This document shows positions 26,122-39,753 of a stretch of DNA of 64,000 bases, piece after piece; position 1 is the stretch's first letter, and each line of letters opens with the position of its first letter. The notes under the pieces are model-generated. The model had not been told where the DNA came from. It did no database searches and saw nothing but the letters and a program-made list of their open reading frames with translations. The position numbers and the translations under genes are program-made. The stretch comes from Podarcis cretensis (Eukaryota). The DNA is taken from NCBI GenBank assembly GCA_951804945.1, contig OX638153.1:51150001-51214000 (forward strand). Direction: 5' to 3'.

Positions 26122-27065
26122 CATTAGAATGCAAGTAGTTCTATTTGTCTTTACTTTTATCCTACTATGTGCTTTATACTAACTTTAAGTGTTCTGTCCC
26201 CCTACTCTAAGAATGGGGGCCAAGTCTGTCCCTATTTACAGCTGCTTCCTTGCACTCCCCTTCCGTCTCATGTTGATTTGTCGCCACCCTCTTTGGATCT
26301 AGTTAGTCACATCGCTGTGGTGGACTCAAGTGGTTGGGGTCTACAGTGTGTCTGGTGTGGTGTTTGCTTGCATCACAGCCATGCCATACCTTGCTTCATC
26401 AAAGAGTTAAGCCTTTTCCATGTATGGCCATCTACAGATGACCTGCAAGAGCTCATGAATCAAACATAGCCTTGAGTTCTGATGTGCGCTTATTTTCAGT
26501 CACACTTGTATACCTGAAATAAAACTCCTTACATGTTCCTTGAAGAAAAACACCTCCCTTTGCAAAACCAAGAACTTACTGTTTAATCAAGAAGATACTA
26601 ATAGAAGTGAAATACGGATGAGTTAGCTTATGAAAGGACTTTAAGCAGTGTTGGATTTCTTGGCAGAAAACCATGTGTCACACAATACATGCATCCAAGT
26701 GTTTTATCTCAGTGTTATCTGCTTGTGACCCCTTTCTTGGTACCCAGTTAAAGAAAAGCAGTTGGCATCGGCTGGCTCGCCAGCTGCACATAACTATGGA
26801 AAAGCAGCAAAGAAGATTACAAATGGCCTTGTGGTCAGTATTGGAAGCTTAAACAAATTATACAACCTACCCACCATTCTTGGCCCTCTTATTCTTGTTA
26901 ACAGAAGGGTTTGGTTTGTTTGTTTTTAATCATGGGAGACTGATTTATTTGTCTTAAGTTTCTGGAACTGTTATACTTTTCTGGAACCCTGACTTCAGAG
27001 AGAAAAATCCTAGCAGAATCAGTACATTTCATTATTATTCTTTTAAACAGCCTGAGGAACATGCA

Positions 27066-27270
27066 GTGGTAGTAGTAGTAATAATGATGATGATGATGAT
27101 AATAATAATAATAATAATACCCCGCCAATCTTGCTGGGTTTCCCCAGCCACTCTGGGTGGCTCCCAACAGAATATTATTATTGTTAATAATAATAATAAT
27201 AATAATAATAATGGTGCGACAAAACATCAAACATTAAAAACTTCCCTAAACAGGGCTGCCTTCAGATGTT
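27066..27270 (-). mobile_element. L2-like LINE 3' end with expanded trinucleotide tails
   Basis: Reverse complement of the 24892 motif (CCCCGCCAATCTTGCTGGGTTTCCCCAGCCACTCTGGGTGGC). Confidence 0.75.
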
Positions 27271-27274
27271 ATAA

Positions 27275-27452
27275 TGGAATCAGAGAATTGTAGAGTTGGA
27301 AGGGACCCTGCAATTCAGTGATCTCAACTAAACCATCCATGACAGACGGCCATCCAACCTCTGCTTAAGGAAAGTCCACCACCTGCAGAGGGAATCTGTT
27401 CCACTGTTGAACATCAGAAGGTTATTCCTGATGCTTAATTGGAATCTTCTTT
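27275..27452 (-). mobile_element. CR1 LINE 3' fragment
   Basis: AGAATTGTAGAGTTGGAAGGGACC...CATCCAACCTCTGCTTAA...TGTTCCACTGTTGAAC is typical of a CR1 3' end in reverse. Confidence 0.75.
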
Positions 27453-28213
27453 GTGTTAAAATACAGTGGAGGGTGGTCTGTGTGAATATTAAGGTTCTTG
27501 GCTGCTCATTTTCCTTTACAGCTTACCACCTGATTGGTTTAGCTGCACTTTTCTGAACCCTTTCCAGCTCTACAATATCCTTTTTCAGGTGCAGTGACTG
27601 GCCTTGGAACAGTCACTGCCTGTCAGCCTGACCTGCTTCACAAGATTGCTGTGAACATAAGGAGGAAATTTAGGCCACCCTTGTAGTTATAAGAGGAGGT
27701 TGCTTTAGGCAACTGGTAGGACAGGTATTGCCAGTTACCTGGAAGCAATAGAGGAGCTGAGGGAAAAGAGCATTCAACACCCTGGGTGCACCATGCTGGA
27801 GGCTAGTATAATAAAAGTTGTAGCACTGCCTGACTAAGCGCCCACAATACTTGCCTGAAACAAATCCAGGGGCCCTGGTGACAATGGACACCTCCCAAAA
27901 GTTGCCCAGTCTTGCTTTGTTTAAGCCCTGCTCTTAATTCCCAGGGCTTCAGTTCATTATTTTGGGGATGGGCAATATACCTTCATGCCAAGGTGACAGA
28001 GGTGAGCTCATTGTCAACTGTGTATCCTCCCTCTTGCTTTGATCTACACACCACTTTAAAAGCTGGAAGCTATTGACTGTTTCAAGAGCACCACTTGACC
28101 CATTTCCCCTATTTGATTTTAGTGAAAGAGCCCCAGACAAAGTCCCTTATGCCCCCCTATGCCACACCGATACAAGCTAAGCTTGTTAGAAGTGGTACCA
28201 GCATGCTCTATCT

Positions 28214-28348
28214 CAGGGGAACCTTTGGTCTTTCATATGTTATATGACTATAATTTCCATCAGCACCTACCAGCCAGCACAGCCAATGGTCAAGGATGAG
28301 GCAGCTGTAATCCATTAACACCTATAGGGCCACAGTTTCCTCACCCCT
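28214..28348. mobile_element. Old palindromic hAT MITE remnant
   Basis: CAGGGGAACCTTTGGTC...GGGCCACAGTTTCCTCACCCCT, decayed arms of the same family. Confidence 0.5.
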
Positions 28349-29447
28349 TCTCTTTAACATCAAGCTACTACAAAAGCATGTAAACAGGTGTTCACATAGA
28401 ACCCTTCAGCTTGTTCTCCATGTCCCTTTGGTCTATCATAAACTGGTTGCTCTGTTATGTATTCAGATTTTTACCCTTCTGCTACAGTACAAAACTTTGA
28501 AGATGGAGTCAGGCCACCCAATGATAACCAACTCACGGTTCATTGCAGAGAAGCTCATTGCAGAGAAAGGCTCCCCACACACTACAACCCCAGTTATTGA
28601 CTGGATTATGTTGAAAAGCTGTCTAGTGGAAAGCTTAAAAAAGAAATGAGATGCTGAGTTAGGAGATGCTGAGCCCTATAGTGTGTGTGTGTGTGTGCGC
28701 ACGTGCGAACTGGAGTTGTCCTTCTGTGAGTTCAAGCTTAGGTTTGATATGTGCAGTGGTTAAGTGAATAAAAATAATATGTGCCTTTCTTCCTGTGAAA
28801 GTTAGTAGGAATGGTTGAAATGAAGTCATCAATGAGTGGGGACTGGTGATGAAATGTGGATTGGACCCAGTGTTCATGGTGCATTCAGGTACATACCCAA
28901 CACACACAGAAAACTGGAGGGCACAGCGGACCTAATGAGTCCTGTAGGCAACAGACTTTGCTCCAGGAGTTAATATCCGGCTCAAACACTTGAAATTTCC
29001 CCTTACCCAAGTCATGAAACCTCTTGATCAATATCAACAATTTGGTGCTATTTCCTTGGGCTGGTGAATGGAGGTTTGTCAGTTGTCATTCTCCTAATGC
29101 AATTTCCCCGTCCTTCCTTTAGCTGTTAGCGTTCTGTGTGCAAATAGCAAAATGTTAACTCATCAAAATGTTAATTCATTCCAAAGGTGTTCTCTGCATC
29201 AGTGATCAGGATGATTAAGATTTGTAAAGGGCATCGAATCTTTGCTGTGCTTTTAACGTTACTTGGGAGCAGCAGTGGCACACCCTGCCTGACATGGCCA
29301 CACCTCCCCAGAGCTGAGCAGCTCGCCAAGGGAAAGGGAAAGAGCCAGAGGCAGAGCAGCCACTCCAAAGGACTAGCTGTTCCGTTCTGTTCTTGAGGAA
29401 ACTATAGCTTTTCTGGGCTGCGGAGACGTTTCATCTGGAGAATACAA

Positions 29448-29487
29448 ATGGAGTTACAAATACATCAGAGCTCTGAAAATGGTCAAG
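29448..29487 (+). CDS. Candidate additional ABLIM1 first coding exon (MELQIHQSSENGQ + 1 nt)
   Basis: ATGG start, 13 codons, phase-1 donor AAG|GTCCGT, preceded by a relatively GC-rich UTR-like stretch (about 29270-29447). No homology recognised. Confidence 0.25.
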
Positions 29488-31495
29488 GTCCGTCCCGATT
29501 GAGCCTGCCCTGCTATGTAAATTGTCTCACAATACGGTATAGTTTAAACAGCGTACAGGATGTTATTCTTGATTTATTCAAACAGGAAACAAATTAGGGA
29601 AGTTTTGTTGGACTAAACTAGGCGTGTGTCTCATATGGGTTGTTACATTCTTAACAGGAGTACTCTGTTTCTCTGTGCAAGTACATACTGTTCTTGTTTT
29701 GAAATGGTAGATCTGGTTTGCATTACGGACTTAGCAGAAAGGAAAGCACTTTTTATAGGTATAGTAACTGTTAAGTAACCCCCCTTGTCCTCTGCAATAG
29801 ACATGCCTGATCTGCATGTCTTGGGATGATTGATCAAGTACCGTAGCTTGAACATTATTAGGTTTGAACTGACTGCTTCTGTTGAAAGGACAGGCAGGTT
29901 TTCAACATATGCAGTAGTTAAAACAGGATTATATTTAGAGCTCAGTTTATATATGGAGCAAGGTTTACTGACTGTCTTTGAAAATGGGCTGAAATACAGT
30001 AATCCCTTCATCAAATCTTATACCAAATGAAAACATTCTTTACCCTTGGTGTTAACCAGCAGTGAGTCGCAGCCTGCATTTTGACCAGCAAACTGTTTTT
30101 ATTTATTCAGCCAATTATTCTCTGCAAATTAAGCCATGTTAGAAACTCTAGTTCTGAGGCATGCTTTTTAAAGATATTGTAAGAGTTTCCCTTTAGGAGA
30201 AGCATGGATAGATCAGAGATGGAATGGCTATGGCAAGGGTTCACCACATGAATAATTTGTGCATAATTTCTTCATACCACCACCATCCCCTGTTCAGATT
30301 TGTAAGATTGTATGATGGTAGCTGGGCAGGTTTCAAGTTGATGAACAGGTGTGCCTTACGTGATCACATTTCCCTTTTGGCTCAGATATTGTAAGCTTTA
30401 TTTGTTCAGGCATAGTGCAGAATGTATGCATGTCTCTGCTTATTAGAGAAGTACCTACCACATTCCCATTACAAGTGCCAGAGTTTGTAAAGTGTATTTG
30501 CTGATTTGTTGTACAATCTAGGTATCTTTGCCAAGGTCTGAACGGCACACATGATATCATTTGAATGGAAAGTTCATTCTTCAAACAGAACTAGCCAAAC
30601 CAGTGTGGTGGTTGATCACTTGGGAAGAATACATTGTAGTGCTAAGGAGATTGTTGCATCAGCACAAGCATTTCAGCTTGCCAGATGGAAGAATCTCCCC
30701 TCTCCTCCCCCTGGGTGCTGTTCTGGGGGTGTCCAGAGCCATTTTGGGAGTGGGGCAAACAGGGAGAGGAGGGGGGTTACAAAGCCCCTCTACTGTAGTG
30801 GAAGACCTTGCTTGCAGAGCTTATAGCCAGGGCTGCTGCAATAAACAGCTGTGCAAGCCTTTGGGAGGCAGAGATGTGGGAAGGCATCAGAGGAGGGAGG
30901 GAAGGAAAGAGGGACAGAGGCCAGTGTTGCCCTGACCATCATTCAAGGCACCCCAGGGTACCACGACACACTAGTTGAAAACCACTGATCTAGTGGCAAA
31001 TTTGTTATGCTGCACTCTTCTCACTCCTGTTTTCCTCTTGTGATGCTTTCTAATCTAGATGTATGAGTTGCAGTGCAATCCTATGTCTGATCAGAAATAA
31101 ATCTAATTCAGCTCAATGACACTTAGTCCTAGGTAGCAGGGCACAGGGTTCTATTCTCAGTGTGACAGAGCAGGCAGGTTGTTACAATGAAGTTCCAAAA
31201 ATGCCTGATAACTATAGCTATGGAGTCCAGAATCTGGTTGCTTTCAGCAGTCAAGAGTTTTCTTTTGCATTGCACCTAGAGTTTGCTTAAAATATGGGTA
31301 CGAAAGTCAAGTGTCAGGTCAGGCCTGTCATTTGCTTAGTTTTTGTAGCTATGATGATGATTTCTCATTTCAGGGAGCTGTACTACAAAAGTGTCATGTT
31401 CCTGTGAGATTATCTCAGGAGGAATCTAGAATCATTTTATGTTTTCAGAGGAATTACTATGTATTGATATTTCTGACTTGAAAGCTTATTACATC

Positions 31496-31604
31496 TTTTG
31501 CCAACCTGGTGCTTTCCAGCTGTTTTGGACTACAGTTGTCAGTGGCTGGGGATGATGGGAACTGTGGTCTAAAACAGCTGGAGGGCACCAGGTTGGTGAA
31601 GGCT
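31496..31604. mobile_element. Palindromic hAT MITE (partial)
   Basis: CCAACCTGGTGCTTTCCAGCTGTTTTGGAC/GTCTAAAACAGCTGGAGGGCACCAGGTTGG inverted arms. Confidence 0.7.
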
Positions 31605-31708
31605 GGCTTAATGGGAAAACTCAACTTGGCCTGGCTATATACTATATATTGGCCATCTAGACCAATTCATGCAACAACAAAATTCCTTGGACGTAAGCAG
31701 TTTCCTAC

Positions 31709-31834
31709 AATAATAATAATAATAATAATAATTTATTATTTGTACCCCGCCCATCTGGCTGGGTCTCCCCAGCCACTCTGGGCGGCTTCCATAAAAACCA
31801 AAAATACACTAAAATATCACAGATTAAAAACTTC
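31709..31834 (-). mobile_element. L2-like LINE 3' end
   Basis: (AAT)n followed by TACCCCGCCCATCTGGCTGGGTCTCCCCAGCCACTCTGGGCGGC. Confidence 0.8.
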
Positions 31835-31851
31835 TTATTGAAATATTACTA

Positions 31852-32092
31852 GGGAAGGATGAACTATAGATTGGTGGTTGAGCACATGTATTGCATGCAG
31901 AAGACCCCAGGTTGAGCACATGTATTGCATGCAGAAGACCCCAGGTTCAATCCCTGGTCACTTTAGTAAAAGGATCAGGTAGTGGGTGTTGGGGAAAGAC
32001 CTCTGCTTCAGACCCTGGAAGCCTACATCGTCAGAAAAGGCAACGGTGGGTTAGACAGGCAGCTGGATTTGTATAAGACAGCTTTGTATATT
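31852..32092 (+). mobile_element. Squamate tRNA-derived SINE with an internal 34-bp tandem duplication
   Basis: Head TGGTGGTTGAGCACATG...GGTTCAATCCC (A/B boxes). The sequence 31876-31909 is repeated exactly at 31910-31943. Confidence 0.75.
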
Positions 32093-34054
32093 TCCTGAGG
32101 AGATCCCACAACTCCCTTGGATAAACTGCTTTTCTTTCAGCTGAAACCTGCTTTGCTCCAACTTGTCCTCTTGAAATATGAAGCTCTGAGAAACAGTTGT
32201 TTCTTCCCACAAAAAAGGAAAAGTTTCATAATGTGATGTATTTATTAAGATGACTCACTGGATAGTGATGGATTTAAGTTTTTGACTTTAGGTCTTTAAA
32301 AAATAATTCTTATTGCACTGCGAGGAATACAACCAGTGGGACGTAATTAAAGTGTAGGCAAAAATAACAGTTTATTCCACATTTTTCACTTGGCAACACA
32401 TAGGTACAGTGCTACCAGTTTGATTGTTTACTGAAAATATTGGTACTTTCAAATGAATGAATGAATGAATGAATGAATGTGGAGCTGCAGTATAAATGGT
32501 TCTGGTGTGAATAAACTTGTCTTTTTGAACAGTTTGAAGGCGTGGCACTTTCCAGTAGTTTAACAAGGTAATTGTTTTGCAGATGAAGTAATAGAGGGTG
32601 TGCTTTTAGACCTAAAGCATGCAAAGACATGTGTTCTGAAGCCGCTCTGCTAAAATATACCAGCTAAGCATCAGCTCCTGGATCAGCTTCTGGGCACCAA
32701 TAGCAAGCAGGTGATTTAACACTCTGCCTAGCAGCCAGGAATTGGATTGACCATATGCTAAATTAAAAAGAGAGCCTGCCATATAATGTGGATTATTGTG
32801 CAGTAGATTTACATCTGCATATGCAGTAGTACAATTCCTTCTCTGTGCAGCATCTCTAATGACAGAAAAAGGGCATGTATATAATGCAATTATTTTCTTC
32901 TTTCAGTTCACTGAGTTGGGGATCGAGAAACAGATGTATTCCCTTTCATGTATTGTTTTTCTTCAGTAACAAGACAGTTTGACAATTTCATTTCCAGACA
33001 CTTGAGGCAGTGAAAGCATATGCAAAACCTTTCTTTTTGAGTGTGAAGTGTCAGTGTGAAGTGTTTGCTTTTGATGATTTCAGTGGAAGAAAAACAACAA
33101 CCCTCAAATTATTTTGTGTGTCAGTTGGATGACTTAAGGGAGGTAGAGGGAATAATGCGAGTATTTGGCAGCAGCACAAAAAGGACAGCAAAAAGCAGTA
33201 AAGATTGGCTTGCAGCTTGTTTGTAGTTAAAGAGAAATAAGTGGATGTTGCCAAGCTAGTTCCAGAACAAAAATACCCAGCATCTGCTAAGAGCATTAGA
33301 ATTTTAGCTGATAATTCCTGGGTTAGTTTATGCTTATGTTTGGCTTTTTCCTCTGAAAATATCAGTGCAACTACAAGAAGCTCCCCAATTGGCTTTTCTT
33401 CTTGCATATTTGGAATATAACTTAAAAGCAACTTTCGTGTTAATTGTGGACTTGTGTCATTCTTGGACAAATATCCTACTGAATTTGAAGAACTTGAAAT
33501 TCCACAGCCTGAACAGGTGTGTCCCCCAGAATTATAATGGTGAATTAAAGGGTTTATTGATGCGTATCTGTCTCCTGTGTATGATCACATAGGTCTCATT
33601 CAGATAAAACTAGGGCTTCATACTGCAGGAATGGGCCTTGGGCTCATGTACTTCCCCTCCTCCAGTGCAACTACAAAGATAGAATTTGGAAACTTTTGGT
33701 CTTGTTTCAGATTAAGCACAGCTGCTTGTGTTGTCTGAATCCAGAATCCTGAACTGTGATTATTGTTAACTGTGGTTTGTTGGATTTTTTTTTTTTTTTT
33801 GGATATTGGTTTGTTTCAATTAACCATAGTTAAAGAGTAGGGTGGTCAAGGATAAAAGAGGCACAACAGTAAGGGAAGAGAGTAGTCATTGCAGCAGCAT
33901 ACCCAAGGTATTGGTCACTATCACAGCACGGGATATGATAGTATAGCCTTCAGGAACACTAGCAGGAACCTTTTTTCTGGGTCCACTGTATCATTGCTAG
34001 GGAATAGAGTTGGATTTTACACTGTGATACACAGCAGTGTGTAGGACTGGGCTG

Positions 34055-34235
34055 CCCGCATTGTACTGGGTCAAACTATTGCTTCATCTAGTCCACTATT
34101 TTATATTCTGACTGGAAGTTTCAGGTAGAGGTCTTTCAGACTTCTACTTCATCTGCTTCCTCTGATGCCAGGGACTGGACGTGGGACTTTCTACATGCAA
34201 AGCATGTACTCTCCCACTAAGAAACAGTCCTGCCC
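34055..34235 (-). mobile_element. Decayed squamate tRNA-derived SINE
   Basis: CATCTAGTCCACTATT...CTGACTGG...GATGCCAGGGACTGGACGTGGGACTTTCTACATGCAAAGCATGTACTCTCCCACT is the reverse complement of the same family. Confidence 0.6.
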
Positions 34236-36790
34236 ACTCCAGAAGGTTATATTTTAGTCTTTCTCTTCACACAAAGCAGCATTCTCTTCATATTGGTGAT
34301 GTCAGCAGAATCAAAGCAGTGCATCCAGCTTCCTGTTATCCTGGGATACTACTTCCAAGCAAATTAAGCTTTGATAACAAAGAATTAACTTTTCTTGTAC
34401 TTTGTAAAGTCTAATGCACTACATAACTGGCTCCTGGTGACAAGCTGTTACCTTCTTTATGGTTCTGTAGACTGAAAATTACTTGGTACACTAAAACTCA
34501 GCAACCTCACAAATAATGACTTCTTCCCTACTAAAGTATTACTTGAAAATATCAGGATGTTCTTCCCTGGCAGGCAAAAAAAAGAGAGAGATACTAAAAT
34601 ATAACAGGTAATTAGGGTACTACCAGGTGGCAAAATAGTTTTTTTGGGGGGGAGAGGCACAATATCATTTACTATGATCATCTCTCAACAGGTAAATGTC
34701 CATGGGCAGGTTGTCGTCTGCTTTTAAAAATCATTCTCAGAATTGTGCATTCCCATCCTGTAATTACATGGTGTTGTGGTCTGGACAGGTGTGCTTAATT
34801 ACTGGAATACATAGATTGCGGGAGCTGAATGTGAATCAGATCTACATGTGTTTTAACTTCAGGATTTCTGGTAGGTGTACCTCTATTTTGAACTCAAAGA
34901 AGACCAATCTAGACTGAATTATGAACAAAGTTCTCTGTGTTCCACATATCAGTTTCCACATTTCCTGAGTGGTTCAGATTTTACTAAAAATATTTATAGT
35001 TCTCATGGTTCTGGGGGTTATATTTGAAGGAATCTTGGAAATCCACAGCTAGTCTCATCCGTGATTCCAGTGGCCTGATGGAGAGAAACACGGGATGACC
35101 TGAAGTTGCAAGAGTAGTTGCCAAATACCATTGCTAAAATTTTTTAGTGAGAATGTATGAGCAACCTAAATGCTCCTGACAGCTTTAACAAGGCTGAAAG
35201 TTTAGTGAAATGTAAAAGACAAACTATTTCATTTAAAGAACTTTGCTTCAATTACCAAATCTTGCTTGCAATGTTGCTAAAAGTTGGCCCTGAATAATAT
35301 TTATCCGTGACTATAGAATCAAGATCCATGGGGACAGAGTAGAAGGTTGTCCAGGCTAATAGTTAAATGGGTGTTTACTGAATCCGAATCTTGGTACAGC
35401 AAAATGTTGTTCAATGTAATTCTTGACCATTCAGTTTATGATTATGAATATCAGAGGACTCATCCACAAGTTGTAGGAAGCCTGCTTCTACCTAGAATAC
35501 TTTAGAGTACTTTATCCTACTGCTTTTGTAGCCTGTTGGGCTGACATCCCAAGTGGGCTTTTTTCTGCTTAATTGTAACAGGTGGCAGCTTTACCTATGG
35601 CCAATCAAGCAACACAGCCTTTTCTTCCTGACTTGCTTTATATCTGTGCTTTGAACCATGACTCCTTGCAGTAGAGTTGGCATTTACTTGCACATTTCTT
35701 TCCTGTGACCTAAAAATGTAACTAGAAGAGTGCCTTACTGAAAAGACACTGCATTTTCATTTTGCTGGTAGATTTGCTACATTGCCTTTGCAGAACTTAT
35801 AGAGATTTGAACTCAAGCCAAGTCTAGTGATTTGACACGCTAGTTGTTGGAGTGGCATATCTAGCCTGTGTTGGCACTACAGAAATTGTGGAGTGGGGGA
35901 TGTTCAATAAAGCACAAGTGGATTCCAGCCCAGCAAGTTTTATCTCACATGAAAAATGTTAATCTGCCCAGCCTCGTTTCCACTTGTAAAAACCACCTAG
36001 AACTACCCGTGGTCCTCTGCCAGCTTGGAGAAAGTTGATTTTTCCCAGAGAACAGACTGTCTCTCTCTTTTTGCCCTGCCCTCCAATAACACTGCCTATG
36101 TTTTGAATCCGAGGAGAAATTTAATTGCATTTGAAGGTGAACCAACCTAATTCAGAGTTTGCGAAGCAATGCAAGATCTGAAGCACAAGCAGCCTCCAAA
36201 TTCACATGCCTTCAGATATTTCAGTGCAGTTCTCCAGCCAAATAATATCTACAAAAATATGCATTCTGAGGTAAAATTGGTATTATGCATACATTTATGA
36301 AAATAACATACAAAATGCATTATATTAGGAGAAATCGCTTTGCAAAAATGTATTAAGCAAAGTTGCTTATCTGTACGTGTGTGCGTGTGTGTGCGCGCGT
36401 GTGCATATGGAAAAAATAACATTATTTTCTGAAGAATTTTCTTGAAGATTGCAAGCTGATGTGGAAATACGGAGAACTGAATTTAAGATTGTAAAAATGA
36501 AAAACTGAGAGAAACAGAAACAAATTTGCCCATCCCTTGTTCTGAAAACTCATTTTGAATTGAGTTGGTACAGTAAAACCTGCCATTTCACTTACTCCTG
36601 TGTATGTTTCTCATTTTGTGGTATCACTTTATGATCCACACACTAATTTTCAACATAAGTGAGGCAGCAGTCGTTGATCCTGTAAACATTTGCAAGTAAG
36701 ACCTGCTAATACTGTATCTGTATTATGTTCTGAGTATTCTGCCAGTGAATGGGAGATTAATTAGGCTAGAAGACTAAAGAAAATTGTTAA

Positions 36791-36848
36791 GCTATGATCA
36801 TCAGTACTGATTAAAGTGAATAATTTAATCAGTACTGATTATCATAGC
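36791..36848. repeat. 58-bp near-perfect inverted repeat (25-bp arms, 8-nt loop)
   Basis: GCTATGATCATCAGTACTGATTAAA-gtgaataa-TTTAATCAGTACTGATTATCATAGC, with 24 of 25 positions pairing. Confidence 0.95.
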
Positions 36849-37682
36849 CAAACTGTTTCATATGCATATTTCAGTCTAGTCTGTTGTGGGAATGAAGTGG
36901 GGAGGATGGGAAAAGGTCTCTGTTACAGACTTATTTTTGGCCATAATATATATTTATATATCTGAGAGAGACATAATAGATAAGTTGATCAGATTGCTAC
37001 ATTAACAAAGTGTGACTCAGCTCTTTTGTTTCCCGGCATTGTGATGGAAAGCTGATTTTTATTGATCTCTTATGCTGAGAGCACTGTACAAGTGGGTTTG
37101 GTAGCGCACGTACACCCAGCAGGCAGTGCTAATGCAAGCTTTCAGACTTGATGCTGTGAGACAAGAGCTAGGCTGTCTGAATTAAGAGAGGTCTATGTTT
37201 TTGTGTTTGGCTGAAGAAAACTTCACTTGGTTATTTTTACAAGTCCTAGGGCTTGGTGGTTGTTGGCAGGGTGTGGAGGGAACAACTGCATGGTCAAAAT
37301 CACAAAATCAACGGAGGAAATAGTGACCCACCCTGATCAAGAGGAAGGACCAGTTTTGCACTAGCTGAAGCTTACCCTCTACCACCGTAGAGTGATACAT
37401 TGCTCTAGCTTTGAGGTTTAAAAAGTCTTGGATAATCATCTCTAGATCAGAACTTTTTTGAAAAGGGCCTCAGGATTATCACCAAGAGCAGACAGTGAAA
37501 AACAGTTCTGGATACTAATGCAATTCAAAGTCAAAGAGCACTTAACTTGTGAAGCTGAGCAACCAACAGGTTGAACATCACATACAGTGGATGCCCGCGT
37601 CCTTCTGGATATGGAGGGGCCTGCTGATCATTGCCTCGGGCTTGTTACTATTAGACTTAAGTTTGGCAATCTGAAGCATGTA

Positions 37683-37913
37683 CAGTGGTACCTCGGGTTA
37701 AGAATTTAGTTCGTTCTGGAGGTCTGTTCTTAACCTGAAACTGTTCTTAACCTGAAGCACCACTTTAGCTAATGGGGCCTCCCGCTGCTGCTGCACAATT
37801 TCTGTTCTCATCCTGGGGCAAAGTTCTTAACCTGAGGTAATATTTCTGGGTTAGCGGAGTTTGTAACCTGAAGTGTATGTAACCTGAAGCGTATGTAACC
37901 CGAGGTACCACTG
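37683..37913 (-). mobile_element. Tc1/mariner MITE, 231 bp
   Basis: TA|CAGTGGTACCTCGGGTTA...TAACCCGAGGTACCACTG|TA with perfect TIRs. Opposite orientation to the copies at 41442 and 46508. Confidence 0.93.
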
Positions 37914-39715
37914 TAATTGAAATTTTCCTAAAGGGAGAAAAGTATCCTTTTTTGTTGCTGCTTGATAGCAACACTAGTAGCGACAGTTAAGTAGTTTTCA
38001 TGTCAATAAGGAAGATCCTAAATGCACAACAACAGAAACAAACCAGAAATTCAAGCCCACATCTCATTAGCCACTTTGTTGAGCTCCTGGTTCAGGGAAA
38101 CTGCTCACTAAGGAGCTGCCTTATTATTCTTCATTCTAATCTCTCCTTTTCCATACAGTTGAAAAGGCCATGTCAAGTCAACCAGATGAATAGAGCTGAG
38201 CAGCATAAAAGTAATGACTTTAATTAGATATTTCCCCTTGCTTTTCTCCATTGAACCTTCACCACCTGAAAGGAGATTAGTCTCCCTTCCCCACCCATCA
38301 GGGGGATTTGAAAATGTCCCTGTGACCAAACTGATTAGTGAAAGAAAAAAATAAATCAGGCCTGGATTCTTACTATAGCTGTGTGCTTTCCCCCCTCTTC
38401 ATCTTCTAGTTTCTAAGGTCCAGCCAATTTTGTGTTAAAGAAACTAAATTACACAGTAAAAAGCATGCAAGAAACATAGTTATTCTCACTTTTTTAAAAA
38501 GATAGTTGACTGGGAAGTTTACCTGTGTGTGTTGCATCAAAATGAATGGGGGTTCCACAAGAACACTGCTGTGTTCCCTTTCATTTAGATTTTGTGCGAA
38601 AGATCTCACCTGGTGGATTGTGTACAGTGTCTATAATGAAAAAATTCAATTGGATGCAGTTTGCTGCTACTGTGGAATTAAAACTACTCCCGAGATTTCC
38701 ATGAAAACATGCTGGTTAGTCATATTCTAGTCACCAGCAATGGCCCAAGTGAGTCTCCCATATCAATTGCCTCTTCAGTCGATATATTTGTGAGCACACA
38801 GAAAAGCGGTTTTAAAAAAGGCTTTGTATTTGAGGCTGGGTTTTCATCTCCTTGTTTTGTGAAGTTTTTCAGTGCTCTACAAATCATAATTGAAATCTAC
38901 ATGGTCAAACTGTAACTTGCAGTTCTAACTTGCAGACAAATTACAGATTTTTGATTGATTGTGTGTATTGACAAACTGTGGTTTGCAGCAAAGAAAGGGG
39001 GTGGGTCAGGATGTGCACAGGCAAGAAATAGGGTCCTGCTTAAAAGGCTATTCCTATCTCATCCAAGTGTGGTTTAAAGCTAAAGAGCCTTAAGGAGGCA
39101 GATCTCTAAGTTGCTCATCATCATTTAGCCCCCGAATAGCATAACAGGCAGGCATTTTACCACTATGGTGGGGTGCATTACATCTCTTTAGTAACAATAT
39201 ATAAATTTGCATATATATTAGCATAAATAAATCAGCATTCTGATGTCTGCTGCCCCAGGCTCCTTTCAAAGGCTGGGATAGAAATAGAATAATAATAATA
39301 ATGTGAAAGTGACTGCACTAGAAATATTGTGTGAGCCTGAATCTGGTTCTTGTAAAACCAAATCATCTGAACTTATTCTCTGTGTAAAAGAGAACGCACA
39401 GTATTTCTTTGCACAAGTTATTCATATATGTGCTTTAAGTGTCCATCACATTGACCATGAGAGACTGGGACACTTAGCAAGAAACTGAGAGGAGCTTGTA
39501 AAAACATATTAGCAGAGTGCTCAGAAAAAATGCCCTGTTTGGGCATTGTGCATTCAGTGAATGTGCGGGGATAGCAGGCTGGGGTCTTTCTCCTACACAA
39601 GCTTACTGAATGTCTGAATAGAGCCTCTGCACATGCTGCTGTACATATGGAGGTATTTCTGTTCATAGGAATGAACACCCATTGGTGTTAAGCTTCCTAC
39701 TAGTGTGAACAGAGC

Positions 39716-39717
<2 letters not shown>

Positions 39718-39749
<32 letters not shown>
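39718..39749. repeat. (AC)n microsatellite
   Basis: Directly visible. Confidence 0.95.
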
Positions 39750-39753
<4 letters not shown>

